A stretch of DNA of 64,000 nt from Cyanobacteria bacterium HKST-UBA04 (GTDB taxonomy: Bacteria > Cyanobacteriota > Vampirovibrionia > Vampirovibrionales > JAGQHJ01). The translations under genes and the position numbers were made by a program. Location of the stretch: positions 49,078-113,077 of the forward strand of contig JAGQHJ010000002.1 in the NCBI GenBank assembly GCA_020431915.1, read 5' to 3'. The notes below the pieces were generated by a model, which saw only the letters and a program-made list of their open reading frames with translations, was not told the origin of the DNA and did no database searches. Of this stretch, positions 1 through 9,336 are shown piece by piece; within the stretch, counting starts at the first letter, position 1, and each line of letters starts with the position of its first letter.

Positions 1-740
1 TCGACTACGTGCTGGGCTACGGGGGCCGTTATGTGCAGAACCCCGAACAACAGGCCCGGCTTTGGGGCATTGGCCAAGAGCCTACCCCCGACTACACGCC
101 CCCGTCGGTGCAATGCACCTATGTTCGAGACGACCAGCCCAATGCGCTGCTGGCCGAGCACCGCCAGACCAGCCTGGCCAACGCCTTTATGTCCATGATG
201 CTTCACGACGTGCGCGACAAGGTGGGTGACGGCACCAGCACCCCGCGTTCGGTGTTTATTGCCACGCTACCCAACATGCTGTGGTACCCCGGCGATGAGA
301 CACGCCCGCCTTCGCGAAAAGAGCTTCAAAATCGGCTGACCCAACTCTTTACCCCCATTTTTGAAAAACGGCCCAACTTCTTTGTCATTGACCCCAAGCG
401 GGCCGAGAACTACCTGAACAGCAACAAGCAAGGGTTTCGCAGACCCACACAACGCCTGGTTAACGACTTGCTTGAAACGGTCATCCTGCCCATGCGTCGC
501 CAATACCGCGACGGCGAGCGGAGGGTGGGTCAAGAGGATGCGTCGCCCGGTGCCAACCTGCGTTGGCTAAGACGCTTGCACACGTCCCCTCTCGAAACGC
601 CTGCACCACGCCAACAGGCACCTGCACCCACCCACGACGCCTCGACGACCGCTCAACCTCCATCCTCATGGCCCCACGCATTGAAGCGGTGGAGCTGGAA
701 AATCGTTACCCTGGGCCTTGGTAGTAACAACCAAAACTAA
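1..740 (+). CDS. Hypothetical protein, 5'-truncated at the window edge (C-terminal ~245 aa)
   Basis: Open frame runs from the window start to a stop at 738-740. No family motif recognised. The opposite-strand ORFs look like GC-rich antisense artefacts. Confidence 0.4.
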   Translation, partial: DYVLGYGGRYVQNPEQQARLWGIGQEPTPDYTPPSVQCTYVRDDQPNALLAEHRQTSLANAFMSMMLHDVRDKVGDGTSTPRSVFIATLPNMLWYPGDETRPPSRKELQNRLTQLFTPIFEKRPNFFVIDPKRAENYLNSNKQGFRRPTQRLVNDLLETVILPMRRQYRDGERRVGQEDASPGANLRWLRRLHTSPLETPAPRQQAPAPTHDASTTAQPPSSWPHALKRWSWKIVTLGLGSNNQN

Positions 741-813
741 TTCACGACTGATTCACAGCGAACTCACAGCGAACGCACTGTGGAAATGCACGCCAGGCCG
801 GTTTGCCCTATAA

Positions 814-1413
814 TTGACACAGGTTGGCCCTATACTAGGTGCCATCGTGAGCTGGGCTTATACCTTGATTCCTATTAAGAGGAGCACCCCTTTGGCAATG
901 CGCGTATTGGGCATCCTACCAAACTCGTCTAGGCGGTTTACTCGGCCAAGCGCCAGAACGGCCACTACGGCCCGATTTGGCTTGAACACGCCCCTTCAGC
1001 CATCACCGCTGCAGGATGACCTGACCCCGGCCTATGACCGGCTGGTGACCCTGTATCGTAGTTTTCAAGCCGATGGCTTTCCTGCCGTCAAGCAAACCCT
1101 GGAAAGTATGGGCCACGACCCGGTTCGGGACTGGACGGCACCGGAAGCCCGATACCAGTTTGAACGCAACGGCCTGACCCCGGCCCAGGCCGACCCAATG
1201 GATACCTACCTGGACGACCCGCGCCAGCTCAGCTTTCACTTGGACTTAACCCGCCACCGCCATGGCAATGTGGAAGGCCCCCACCTCGACATTACCCACT
1301 ACGACCCCGCCAGGGGCCGGGGCCGTAACAGAGATAAACTGCGCTGGCCCCTGGTTGCCGAAGGTGGACACTTTGTTCGTCGCGACAAATCCATCAGCGG
1401 CATTCGCCTGTAG
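814..1413 (+). CDS. Hypothetical protein with His-rich segment (HLDLTRHRHG...HLDITHYDP). The true start is probably near 880-895, downstream of an AAGAGGAG RBS.
   Basis: Protein-like ORF of 199 aa immediately downstream of the first gene. A strong Shine-Dalgarno sequence lies upstream of an internal TTG/ATG. No family assigned. Confidence 0.4.
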   Translation: MTQVGPILGAIVSWAYTLIPIKRSTPLAMRVLGILPNSSRRFTRPSARTATTARFGLNTPLQPSPLQDDLTPAYDRLVTLYRSFQADGFPAVKQTLESMGHDPVRDWTAPEARYQFERNGLTPAQADPMDTYLDDPRQLSFHLDLTRHRHGNVEGPHLDITHYDPARGRGRNRDKLRWPLVAEGGHFVRRDKSISGIRL

Positions 1414-1419
1414 CGCCTC

Positions 1420-1465
1420 GCGCCGTCCTCTGGGGCTCTCCTCTGGCGCGGTCCTCTGGCACTCT
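1420..1465 (+). repeat. 13-bp tandem direct repeat (TCCTCTGG core) x3 plus a degenerate fourth copy
   Basis: The TCCTCTGG core repeats at an exact 13-nt period (about 1426, 1439, 1452). It lies between the stop of the 814-1413 gene and the permease start. Confidence 0.5.
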
Positions 1466-1603
1466 CCATCGTCTGGTGGATTTCTGCCCCCACCCGCCCC
1501 CGCAACCCCTTGGCTTTGGTTATACTGAAAATCAGGTATCTCTTGGACATCCCTTTTATTTGGTTGGGATACGCCTGACGTTCATTGGAAAAGGAGCGGT
1601 GTA

Positions 1604-3058
1604 TTGGCGTCGCTGTTTCGCACCAAACCCCTTCAAAAAATTCTGGCCCAAAGCCAAGCACACAAGGGCCGGCTGAAGCGTACCCTGTCGGCCTTTGATT
1701 TGACGGCCCTTGGAATCGGGGCCATTATTGGCACCGGTATTTTTGTGTTAACGGGTACGGCCGCTGCCGACAAGGCCGGCCCGGCCCTGATGCTGTCGTT
1801 TATGTTTGCCGGCGTAGCCTGTGCCTTTTCGGCATTATGCTATGCCGAATTCGCCTCGATGCTGCCCATTGCCGGCTCGGCCTACACCTATGCCTATTCC
1901 ACCGTGGGCGAGCTGATGGCATGGATCATCGGCTGGGATCTGATTTTAGAGTACGCCATTGGTTCGGGGGCCGTGGCCAGCGGCTGGAGCCACTACCTGC
2001 AGAAACTGGCCGGCCAATACGGGCTGATCATCCCGGACTGGCTCAGCCATGACACGCTGACCTACATGGGCCTGCTCAAGGAAGGCGCGGTAACGGCCAG
2101 CCCACTGATGCTGGGAGGCATGCCCATTGCCTTTAACCTGCCTGCGTCGCTGGTAGCTTTGTTTGTAACAGTACTGCTGGTTATCGGCATCAAGGAAAGC
2201 GCCCGGACCAACGCCCTGATTGTTTTCGTCAAGGTGGCCATCATCCTGTTCATCATTGTGGCGGGGTTCTTCTACATTAAGCCCGAGCACTGGACCCCCT
2301 TCTTCCCCTACGGCGCCGATGGTATCCTGGCCGGGGCGGGAACCATCTTTTTTGCCTACATCGGCTTCGATGCCGTCTCGACCGCTGCCGAGGAAGCCAA
2401 AAACCCGACCAAAGACTTACCTGTTGGCATTATCGCGTCGCTGGCCGTCTGTACGCTGTTGTATATTCTGGTCACGGCGGTCATTACCGGCATGGTGCCC
2501 TACAACCTGATTGATCGCGGCGCGCCGCTGGCCGCTGCCTTTAGCCATGTTGGCCAGAACTGGGCCGCCTATATTATCTCGGTGGGGGCCGTGGCAGGCC
2601 TGACCAGCGTGTTGCTGGTGCTGATGATGTCGATGCCACGCATCTTCTTTGCCATGAGTCGCGACGGGTTGTTGTGGCCATGGTTTGGCCATGTGCACGA
2701 AAAATTTGGCACGCCTTCCAACGCCACAATCTTAACCGGCCTGTTCGTGGCCTTTGTCGCCGGCTTTACGCCTATCGAACATCTGGCCGAAATGACAAGC
2801 ATTGGCACCCTGTTTGCTTTCTCGCTGGTGTGCGCCGCCGTTATTATATTGCGCCGCAAGGCCCCGGAGCAGGAACGCAAGTTTCGCGTGCCGTGGGTGC
2901 CCGTGCTGCCGGTACTCGGCATTTTGTTTAACGCGGTGATGATGGTGCACCTGCAGCCGGAAACATGGATTCGGCTGGTGGTGTGGCTGGTGCTTGGGTT
3001 CATCATCTACTTTGGCTACGGCAACAAGCACAGCAAACTCAACGCCGACGGCGAGTAA
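1604..3058 (+). CDS. APC-superfamily amino acid permease (cationic amino acid transporter-like)
   Basis: 484 aa with about 12 TM helices and a typical amino-acid-permease N-terminus (LTALGIGAIIGTGIFVLTG...YAEFASMLPIAGSAYTY). TTG start with an AAGGAG RBS 7 nt upstream. Confidence 0.85.
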   Translation: MASLFRTKPLQKILAQSQAHKGRLKRTLSAFDLTALGIGAIIGTGIFVLTGTAAADKAGPALMLSFMFAGVACAFSALCYAEFASMLPIAGSAYTYAYSTVGELMAWIIGWDLILEYAIGSGAVASGWSHYLQKLAGQYGLIIPDWLSHDTLTYMGLLKEGAVTASPLMLGGMPIAFNLPASLVALFVTVLLVIGIKESARTNALIVFVKVAIILFIIVAGFFYIKPEHWTPFFPYGADGILAGAGTIFFAYIGFDAVSTAAEEAKNPTKDLPVGIIASLAVCTLLYILVTAVITGMVPYNLIDRGAPLAAAFSHVGQNWAAYIISVGAVAGLTSVLLVLMMSMPRIFFAMSRDGLLWPWFGHVHEKFGTPSNATILTGLFVAFVAGFTPIEHLAEMTSIGTLFAFSLVCAAVIILRRKAPEQERKFRVPWVPVLPVLGILFNAVMMVHLQPETWIRLVVWLVLGFIIYFGYGNKHSKLNADGE

Positions 3059-3097
3059 GCACGACAAAACCCAGAGTTTATGCAGCGTGCCAAACGC

Positions 3098-4510
3098 CTA
3101 CATCGGGATGGGGCCCATCATGTCGATGCACCGCTGAATGGCGTCGGCCATGCTCGTGGCATCCTTGACGCTCTGGCGCAGGAAGTTGTTGATCTCGGGC
3201 ATCATCTGCAAGGCAATGTCAATCTTGGGGTTGGAGCCATGCTCGTAGGCCCCGACGTCAATCAGGTCCTTGGCGTCCTTGTACACGGCCAGCAGCTCGC
3301 GCATCTTGGCCGCAGCGGCCTGGTGCTCCGGTTCGCAAATTTCGGTAAACACCCGGCTAACACTACCCAGAATGTCGATGGCCGGGAAGTGGTTTTGGGC
3401 GGCAATTTTTCGGCTCAGGAAAATGTGGCCGTCGATAATCCCCCGCACCGTGTCGACGACGGGGTCGTTAATGTCGTCACCTTCCACCAGTACCGTGTAC
3501 AGCGCGGTAATCGAGCCTTTCTCGTTGATGCCAGTACGCTCCAGTACCCGTTGCAACCACGAAAAAATGGACGGTGGGTAGCCTTTCATGGTGGGCGGCT
3601 CGCCAATGGACAGGCCCACTTCGCGACCCGACATCGCGCACCGCGTGACGGTGTCGGTCATCATAAACACCTTTTTGCCCTGGTCACGAAAGTACTCGGC
3701 CACGGCCGTGGCGCTAAGCAAGGTTTTCATCCGCATCAGGGGCGGCTGGTCGCCGGTGGCGCACACCAGCACGGAACGGGCCATGCCCTCTTCGCCAAGA
3801 GAGCCTTCGATAAATTCTCGGACCTCCCGACCCCGCTCGCCGACCAGGGCCACCACGTTGACGTCGGCTTCCGAGCTGCGGGCAATCATCCCCATCATCG
3901 TGGACTTACCGACCCCGGACCCGGCAAACAAGCCCATGCGCTGGCCGGCGCCCATCGTCAACAGGGCGTCAATGGCCCGAACCCCGGTCTCGAAGCGGTT
4001 GGTAATAATGGGTCGGGTCATCGGGTCGGGCGGGTCGTTGTCGGTGGTAATCCACACGGCCCCTGTCGTATCAAGCGGCTTGCCGTCAATGGGATCCCCG
4101 AGGGGGTTGATGACGCGGCCCAACAAAAAGTCGCCAACCGGGAAGGTAATGGGTTCGTTGGTTGTCGTCACCCAACTGCCCTGGTAAATACCAGCCCCAT
4201 CGTACAGCAGCAGCATTTGTGCCGCATCGCCCTTAAAGGCCACCACCTCGGCCGGCTTCTGGGTGCCGTCCTTGGTTTCCACAAAGCACAGGTCGCCAAT
4301 TTTAAGGCCGGGCATCCGGGCTTCGACCGTCAGGCCCATCAGCTTGCTAACCCGTCCCTTGTACTGGCTCAGGGACTGGGTGTTCATGATTTTGGTCAGG
4401 CGCTGCCGAACCGCCACAATCTGGGCCTGGTCTATCACCGACTCGGACAACGGATCGGACAGTGGATCGGCATGGGGCTCTATGTTGGGGTCGACGGGCT
4501 GGGTGCTCAT
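3098..4510 (-). CDS. fliI: Flagellar/type III secretion export ATPase (FliI/SctN family)
   Basis: 470 aa with Walker A (GLFAGSGVGKST), Walker B (VFMMTDTVTRCAMSGREVGLS) and an F1/FliI-like beta-barrel N-domain. A long antisense ORF on the plus strand is a GC artefact. Confidence 0.9.
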   Translation of the reverse strand: MSTQPVDPNIEPHADPLSDPLSESVIDQAQIVAVRQRLTKIMNTQSLSQYKGRVSKLMGLTVEARMPGLKIGDLCFVETKDGTQKPAEVVAFKGDAAQMLLLYDGAGIYQGSWVTTTNEPITFPVGDFLLGRVINPLGDPIDGKPLDTTGAVWITTDNDPPDPMTRPIITNRFETGVRAIDALLTMGAGQRMGLFAGSGVGKSTMMGMIARSSEADVNVVALVGERGREVREFIEGSLGEEGMARSVLVCATGDQPPLMRMKTLLSATAVAEYFRDQGKKVFMMTDTVTRCAMSGREVGLSIGEPPTMKGYPPSIFSWLQRVLERTGINEKGSITALYTVLVEGDDINDPVVDTVRGIIDGHIFLSRKIAAQNHFPAIDILGSVSRVFTEICEPEHQAAAAKMRELLAVYKDAKDLIDVGAYEHGSNPKIDIALQMMPEINNFLRQSVKDATSMADAIQRCIDMMGPIPM

Positions 4511-4513
4511 ACC

Positions 4514-4534
4514 CTATATTGTAGGCGTTTTTTG
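4514..4534 (-). promoter_or_regulatory. Hairpin (8-bp stem GGCGTTTT / AAAACGCC, 5-nt loop) abutting the fliI start codon
   Basis: Perfect inverted repeat within the 77-bp fliH-like/fliI spacer. The 3' arm ends about 3 nt from the fliI ATG and could occlude the ribosome binding region. Confidence 0.3.
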
Positions 4535-4587
4535 ACAAAACGCCCATCGCCTTAATACCGGATTAATACGCCCCACGTCACCAAAAT

Positions 4588-5079
4588 TTAGGTAGAAGGT
4601 GGCGATGCCGTCGGTGGGGTACCCGCAATCAACAACTGCTGCTTAAGGCGCAACAAGGAAGCAGCCACCGGTGAGGTCGGTGAAAACAGGTAAGGGGATT
4701 GTGCCAGCGCATGGACATGCCCCACAGCTCGGGTCTGAAAGGCCTGCTGATGCTGAGGTCCAGCCACCATCAACCGCACGGTATCGCGATCCAGCATGGC
4801 CGCCAGCAGCTCTTCGCCAACCTTGGCCGGCAACACGTTTTTGGGCAACTGCCGGTTGGCCTCCGTGGCGTACAACCCCGCCACCCTGCTAAAGGACATT
4901 TCCCCCGGCTGCTTGCGCATAGCCTCGAGCTCGCGGGCCCAAGCCATTGTGTCATCATTTCCCTTGAAGTCGCTAAGCTTTTGAAACTCCGTGGCGCCAA
5001 CGCCCTGAGCCAACAGGCCAAACCGTGCCGAGACAGGCCGGGCCGAAACCAGCGATTGCGATACTGCCGAGATCTTCAT
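4588..5079 (-). CDS. Putative FliH/SctL-like protein (weak call); start at the internal ATG (MKISAV...)
   Basis: Position immediately upstream of fliI on the same strand. C-terminal segment (EELLAAMLDRDTVRLMVAGPQHQQAF) is reminiscent of the FliH/SctL C-domain. It is shorter than typical FliH and has no Glu-rich coiled coil. Confidence 0.3.
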   Translation of the reverse strand: MKISAVSQSLVSARPVSARFGLLAQGVGATEFQKLSDFKGNDDTMAWARELEAMRKQPGEMSFSRVAGLYATEANRQLPKNVLPAKVGEELLAAMLDRDTVRLMVAGPQHQQAFQTRAVGHVHALAQSPYLFSPTSPVAASLLRLKQQLLIAGTPPTASPPST

Positions 5080-5213
5080 ACCCACAAAATCCCTTCTAAA
5101 AGTAGTGATATATTGCTTGCTATACAGCCTAACATAAGGGCCGTTGGCGGTCATCCGCCATGAACCGATGGCCATACCCTTGTGTGGCGGATGAATGCTA
5201 AGATAAGGGCACC

Positions 5214-6557
5214 ATGATGAACGCTTCTGCCCCCGGCACCTTGCTGGACAAACTGTTTAAACTGTCGCTGACGCTGGCTGCCACGGCGCTGCTGATTTGG
5301 ATGCTGGGCACCGTGGCCGGCTTCCTGTGGCCCATTATTCTGCTGGTGGGCCTGAGTCTGATTTTGACCTACATTCTGCTGGCCCCCGTCAATGGCCTGG
5401 AATGGCTGCTGAAACGGGTGGGACACCCCCTATACCGGGCCCTGCCTGAAAAACTGCAACCGTTTGTGCCGGGGCACCTGAGCCGGGTGCTTAGTATTTT
5501 GTTGATGTACTGGCTGACGCTGATCATCTTTCTGCTCATTGGCTTTCGGTTTGGCCCGCTGGTGTGGACGGAACTGGTGATGTTTGGCAAACAGGTGCCC
5601 GCCTATGTGGAACGCGCCGAAGACTGGCTGCTGGACCAACCCCTGTTAAGCCAGTACTTCCGCAAGGAGATCAAGGCGGCCGACGAGGAAGCCGCCCTGA
5701 TAGGTGACCCGCAAAACGGCAATACACTAAAACCGGTACCCCCGCCCCCCATCGCCCGGCCGCCATTGGCCAGCGCGCCTACTGTGGAGGACTCTGCCGA
5801 TACGCTCGAACCGCTTCGCGACACCTCGCTGACGGAAGACGAGAAAAAGCAGGCCAAGGCCCATGTGCTGAACTGGTCGGAACGGCTCGACGAATTTGAA
5901 CCGTTTCTTAAGGAAAACCTGAACAATACCGTCGGCCATGTCAGCAACCTGGTGGGAACCACCCTGTCGATGGTGGTTTACGGATTAACCCTGCTGGTGA
6001 TGGTGTTTTACTTTCTGCTCGACGGCAGCCACCTGATTAAGGACGGCTTGATTAAAAGCCTGCCGGCCAGTGCCAAACCCACCACCGCCTATTTCCTGGA
6101 GCGCTTTCATGCGGTGATGTTCGGGTTTGTTAAAACCCAGGTCCTGCTGGGCATGGTCACCGGCCTGTTTATGATGCTGGTGTATACCGTGTTTGACGTG
6201 CCCTACGCCATCTTTTTGGGCGCCTTCTTCGCCATCTCCGAGATTCTGCCGGTCGTCGGTACCTGGATAGGGTTTACCCCCGGTATCGTGGTCCTGTTGT
6301 TTATTAACCCCCTCAAGCTGCTGGCCGTCATGGGGATTTGCTACATTTATCAAAGCATCAAGGATAACCTCGTGGCACCAAAGATTGTCGGCGACATTAT
6401 GGGCCTACATCCAGTAATGGTAATACTTTCACTGTTAATTTGTGCTAAAATCGCAGGGCTGGTGGGCGTTTTATTTGCAATTCCACTGGCAAGTATGGTA
6501 AATGTACTAATAACCTACCTTCAAGAAGGCATCCGCCCTATTGAAAAGGCAGGTTAG
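5214..6557 (+). CDS. AI-2E family transporter (PerM/YhhT-like, UPF0118) with a ~150-aa hydrophilic insertion
   Basis: N- and C-terminal TM bundles are typical of AI-2E transporters (GLFMMLVYTVFDVPYAIFLGAFFAISEILPVVG). Divergent from the fliH-like gene. Confidence 0.8.
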   Translation: MMNASAPGTLLDKLFKLSLTLAATALLIWMLGTVAGFLWPIILLVGLSLILTYILLAPVNGLEWLLKRVGHPLYRALPEKLQPFVPGHLSRVLSILLMYWLTLIIFLLIGFRFGPLVWTELVMFGKQVPAYVERAEDWLLDQPLLSQYFRKEIKAADEEAALIGDPQNGNTLKPVPPPPIARPPLASAPTVEDSADTLEPLRDTSLTEDEKKQAKAHVLNWSERLDEFEPFLKENLNNTVGHVSNLVGTTLSMVVYGLTLLVMVFYFLLDGSHLIKDGLIKSLPASAKPTTAYFLERFHAVMFGFVKTQVLLGMVTGLFMMLVYTVFDVPYAIFLGAFFAISEILPVVGTWIGFTPGIVVLLFINPLKLLAVMGICYIYQSIKDNLVAPKIVGDIMGLHPVMVILSLLICAKIAGLVGVLFAIPLASMVNVLITYLQEGIRPIEKAG

Positions 6558-6851
6558 CCATTCCCAGTAAATCGTCATTGTTGTTTTGCAGGTACGAACT
6601 CGACGAATACGTACCCGGTTAGTTTCGGTGGGGTTTGACACACGCCCAAAGCCTTGTGCTTTGTGGGCCGCTCCCGACCAAAGGGAGGACGATACCCCCG
6701 CCAAACGAAAAACTTGGTACGATACCCCAGAGTCACCCTCATGGCAAGGATGAGGTTTTTATCGGGGATTTGTGCTTTACTACTCCTACACCCAACTCCC
6801 GTTCATTGATGTGTTATTCCCGTTTTGATTCTAACCCCTTTTTTCTAGTTA

Positions 6852-7469
6852 ATGGAGGACATTGTGAAAGTGAAACAATTATTTGCTGCAACGTTGGCTT
6901 TGGCCCTGACGGCCGGTGTCGCCTTCGCTGGCGAAGTCAACATGGACGTACCCTACGGTGACCGTGAACCCGGTGGTTACCAACACCTGACCACCCACTA
7001 CCACAACTACTGGCGTCACCATCATCATCCCTACAGCAACATCGAAGCCGAGCGTCACGTGGTTCGTGAAGCGCAGGATCTGGCCCGCCAGACCGATGTT
7101 TGGGAAGGTGAACCCCGTCAACGCTTTGTGCGCATGGACGACCAAAAGGTTCGTGAAGAATTCAACGAGTACCTCTTCACCGACCTGAGCCAAACCCAGT
7201 TCAGCTCCGAAATTCCTGAGCATGTCATCGAACAGATTAAAAACCGTCCTTCTTTCGATCAACAGACGGTTAGCAACATTCGTCTGAACGAAGAACTGCC
7301 CAGCAACCTGAGCTACAACGACCTGACCTACCTGCCGGATGAGTTCACCCGCAGCGAGCTGCACATGCCTGCTCAACGCTACAAAGCCGGTTTGATTGGT
7401 AACGACCTGGTTCTGTACGATACCCTGTCGGGTCGCGTACGTGGTCTGTGGCGCGACATTATCCAGTAA
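6852..7469 (+). CDS. Secreted His-rich hypothetical protein (Sec signal peptide KQLFAATLALALTAGVAFA)
   Basis: Signal peptide followed by a His-rich mature region (HYHNYWRHHHHPY). A GTG at about 6864 with a GGAGG RBS is an alternative start. Confidence 0.55.
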   Translation: MEDIVKVKQLFAATLALALTAGVAFAGEVNMDVPYGDREPGGYQHLTTHYHNYWRHHHHPYSNIEAERHVVREAQDLARQTDVWEGEPRQRFVRMDDQKVREEFNEYLFTDLSQTQFSSEIPEHVIEQIKNRPSFDQQTVSNIRLNEELPSNLSYNDLTYLPDEFTRSELHMPAQRYKAGLIGNDLVLYDTLSGRVRGLWRDIIQ

Positions 7470-7495
7470 GCGCGCCCCCACAAACCCTTACTTAT

Positions 7496-7535
7496 AAAAA
7501 GCCGGTTGTCTGTGATACAGACAACCGGTCTTTTT
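7496..7535. terminator. Bidirectional rho-independent terminator between convergent genes
   Basis: AAAAAGCCGGTTGTCTGT-GATA-ACAGACAACCGGTCTTTTT: a perfect 13-bp stem flanked by an A-run and a T-run. Confidence 0.8.
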
Positions 7536-7581
7536 GTTGGTGGGGAGAATTTTTGCCCTCTAGCCCCAACCTCAACAAAAA

Positions 7582-8967
7582 CTAAATTAGTAATTCCTTT
7601 TGGGCATTGGCCCCGAGCAGCTGGGCGTGCTGGTGAGCCGATGCCACCCCATCAGCGGGTTTAAACAAGCGGTTAACCAAGCCATGGGCCAGCGGCTTGT
7701 AGGTATAGTCCAGAAGCTTGTCCGAGGTCCAGTCCACAACCTTGGCGATGACCGGCATGGCGGCCAGTGCGATACCACCAATAACCCACTTGCGGGCCGC
7801 AGCCCCCAGGAAGGTTTTTTCAGCCAAGCCCTTCTTCAGGGTGTTCATACCGGCCGTTACCACCTTATCCAGACCTTCGCTGCCACGAATCATGGCAATA
7901 AACTGCGCCGGGATGATCAAGCTGGCGGCCGTCTGGAACAGCAGCGTCTCGCCAGCATCCGCCGTGGCCTGGGCAATCTTGCCCAGGGTGGACTTGCGGT
8001 CGGAATGCCGCAGGGTTTTGCCGAAACTGTAGACGGTATTGGCCAATACGTAGCTGGCTGTGAGCATATACGCGCCCAGTACGGTGGCTTCCGAAGCGCT
8101 CATGGTCTTCAGGGCCGTTTTGCCGTGGCCAGGTTCAATCACGTCCAGAAAACGACTGCCGTGGTGGCCAAAAGCCTGGTGCGCCAACGGCTTAAGGAAG
8201 CCCAACGATTTGGCCCAGCCATGGCCTGCCCCTATAACGGCTGCCGGCAACGCCTGCCCTGCCAAGCGCCCCCCGTACATGCCCGTAAAAATATCCTTCA
8301 GCGCCTCGGCCGCTTCGTTGGCGTAGCCACCAGCCATACGAATCACGCGGTTGTCCTGGAACAGGTCGTAGCTGTCGTTATAAGCGTTGTACTTGCCCGT
8401 AATCGGGTCAATGCTGTTCTTGGTCTGATCCCCGGTACTAAATTCGTCCCCTTCGGCCACGGCATTCAGGGCCTTGGTACGGGGTGCGCCGTAAGCAAAC
8501 CCGTCTGATTCCGGGTCGTCGTAATAAAAGGATGCCTGGGTAGGCCGAGGGATGGGCTGCGGCATAACCGACCAGTTGCCCAGCGCCGGTGGCGGTCCCT
8601 GAAAGCCCATCGAGGCCCCATAGCTGGCCGCTGAGCTTAATACATTTGGTTGCCCATAGTTAAGTTGCCCATAATTAAACGGCTGTCCCCAGTCCAAGGA
8701 ACCGGCCTGCCCCGAATAGCCATAAGAAGCCGCCTGCTGGACCGGTATCGTGCCATAGCCAGCCGGAGCCGAATAAGCTGAAGGGGTATAGCTTGGCGTG
8801 TAAGAGGGGTAAGACGGGTAGTAAACAGGGCTGGTGGTTTGCATCGGCCCGGCAATCGTCGGCACCGGGTAAGACACCGGGGCCGAATAGCCCTGGCTGG
8901 TGGCGACATTAGGCCATGGGGTCATGGCATACGACTGCATGGGGAATAGGGAAGCGGGCTGTACCAA
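7582..8967 (-). CDS. Hypothetical protein with a Y/S/P/Q/G-rich low-complexity N-terminal third and a helical, partly hydrophobic C-terminal half
   Basis: 461 aa. N-terminal region has repeated YPSYTPSYTPS and NYGQLNYGQPN motifs. The C-terminal part has amphipathic and hydrophobic helices. No family recognised. Confidence 0.5.
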   Translation of the reverse strand: MVQPASLFPMQSYAMTPWPNVATSQGYSAPVSYPVPTIAGPMQTTSPVYYPSYPSYTPSYTPSAYSAPAGYGTIPVQQAASYGYSGQAGSLDWGQPFNYGQLNYGQPNVLSSAASYGASMGFQGPPPALGNWSVMPQPIPRPTQASFYYDDPESDGFAYGAPRTKALNAVAEGDEFSTGDQTKNSIDPITGKYNAYNDSYDLFQDNRVIRMAGGYANEAAEALKDIFTGMYGGRLAGQALPAAVIGAGHGWAKSLGFLKPLAHQAFGHHGSRFLDVIEPGHGKTALKTMSASEATVLGAYMLTASYVLANTVYSFGKTLRHSDRKSTLGKIAQATADAGETLLFQTAASLIIPAQFIAMIRGSEGLDKVVTAGMNTLKKGLAEKTFLGAAARKWVIGGIALAAMPVIAKVVDWTSDKLLDYTYKPLAHGLVNRLFKPADGVASAHQHAQLLGANAQKELLI

Positions 8968-9336
8968 GTCCAGACTCCAAGCCTTGCTAACCAGTAGGGA
9001 CAGGGGAAGAGAAAGAAGAAAACAGAATAAACAGGGATCTGTTCGTCGCTTAATTCAAACCGATAAAACGACTGCAGGGACGCATGAACAGCTATTTTCA
9101 CAAAAACCCCTGAACCAGGGTTGATGCGTTGTGCTAGAGGGCAATCTAACAATTGTTAAGCTTATCATAATTCGACCCTTTGCAGGGAATTTGTAACGAG
9201 TTTTTAAGGTCATTGCCCGCCTGTCACGGGCCATTGAACCGTGTTGGTTCAACGACTTTACCGGCCTGGGGTTATAAAAACGGTTTTGACACTTCTCCTA
9301 CTCGCCTTTATTCAAAAAGGCTGCTACACTGCCAAT

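Noticed and set aside
3080-4555. A 491-aa ORF on the plus strand covering the whole fliI gene. Similar long antisense ORFs lie opposite mutS (40384-41499, 41587-42936), bamA (43798-44628, 44758-45792), arnT (48217-49044), the SLH porin (22055-23080) and the secreted protein at 55747-56721 (55792-56718).
   Set aside because: These are typical stop-codon-poor antisense frames of GC-rich DNA. Their translations are G/R/A/V/H-rich junk without motifs, while the opposite strand carries clear family signatures.
4699-5163. A plus-strand 154-aa ORF as an alternative to the minus-strand fliH-like call
   Set aside because: Its R/H/G-rich translation looks like antisense junk. The minus-strand ORF is positioned and oriented as expected for fliH, although that call itself remains weak.
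6635-6961. A 108-aa ORF overlapping the upstream region and start of the secreted His-rich gene
   Set aside because: It is out of frame with the clear signal-peptide gene at 6852-7469, and its translation is not protein-like. Probably spurious.
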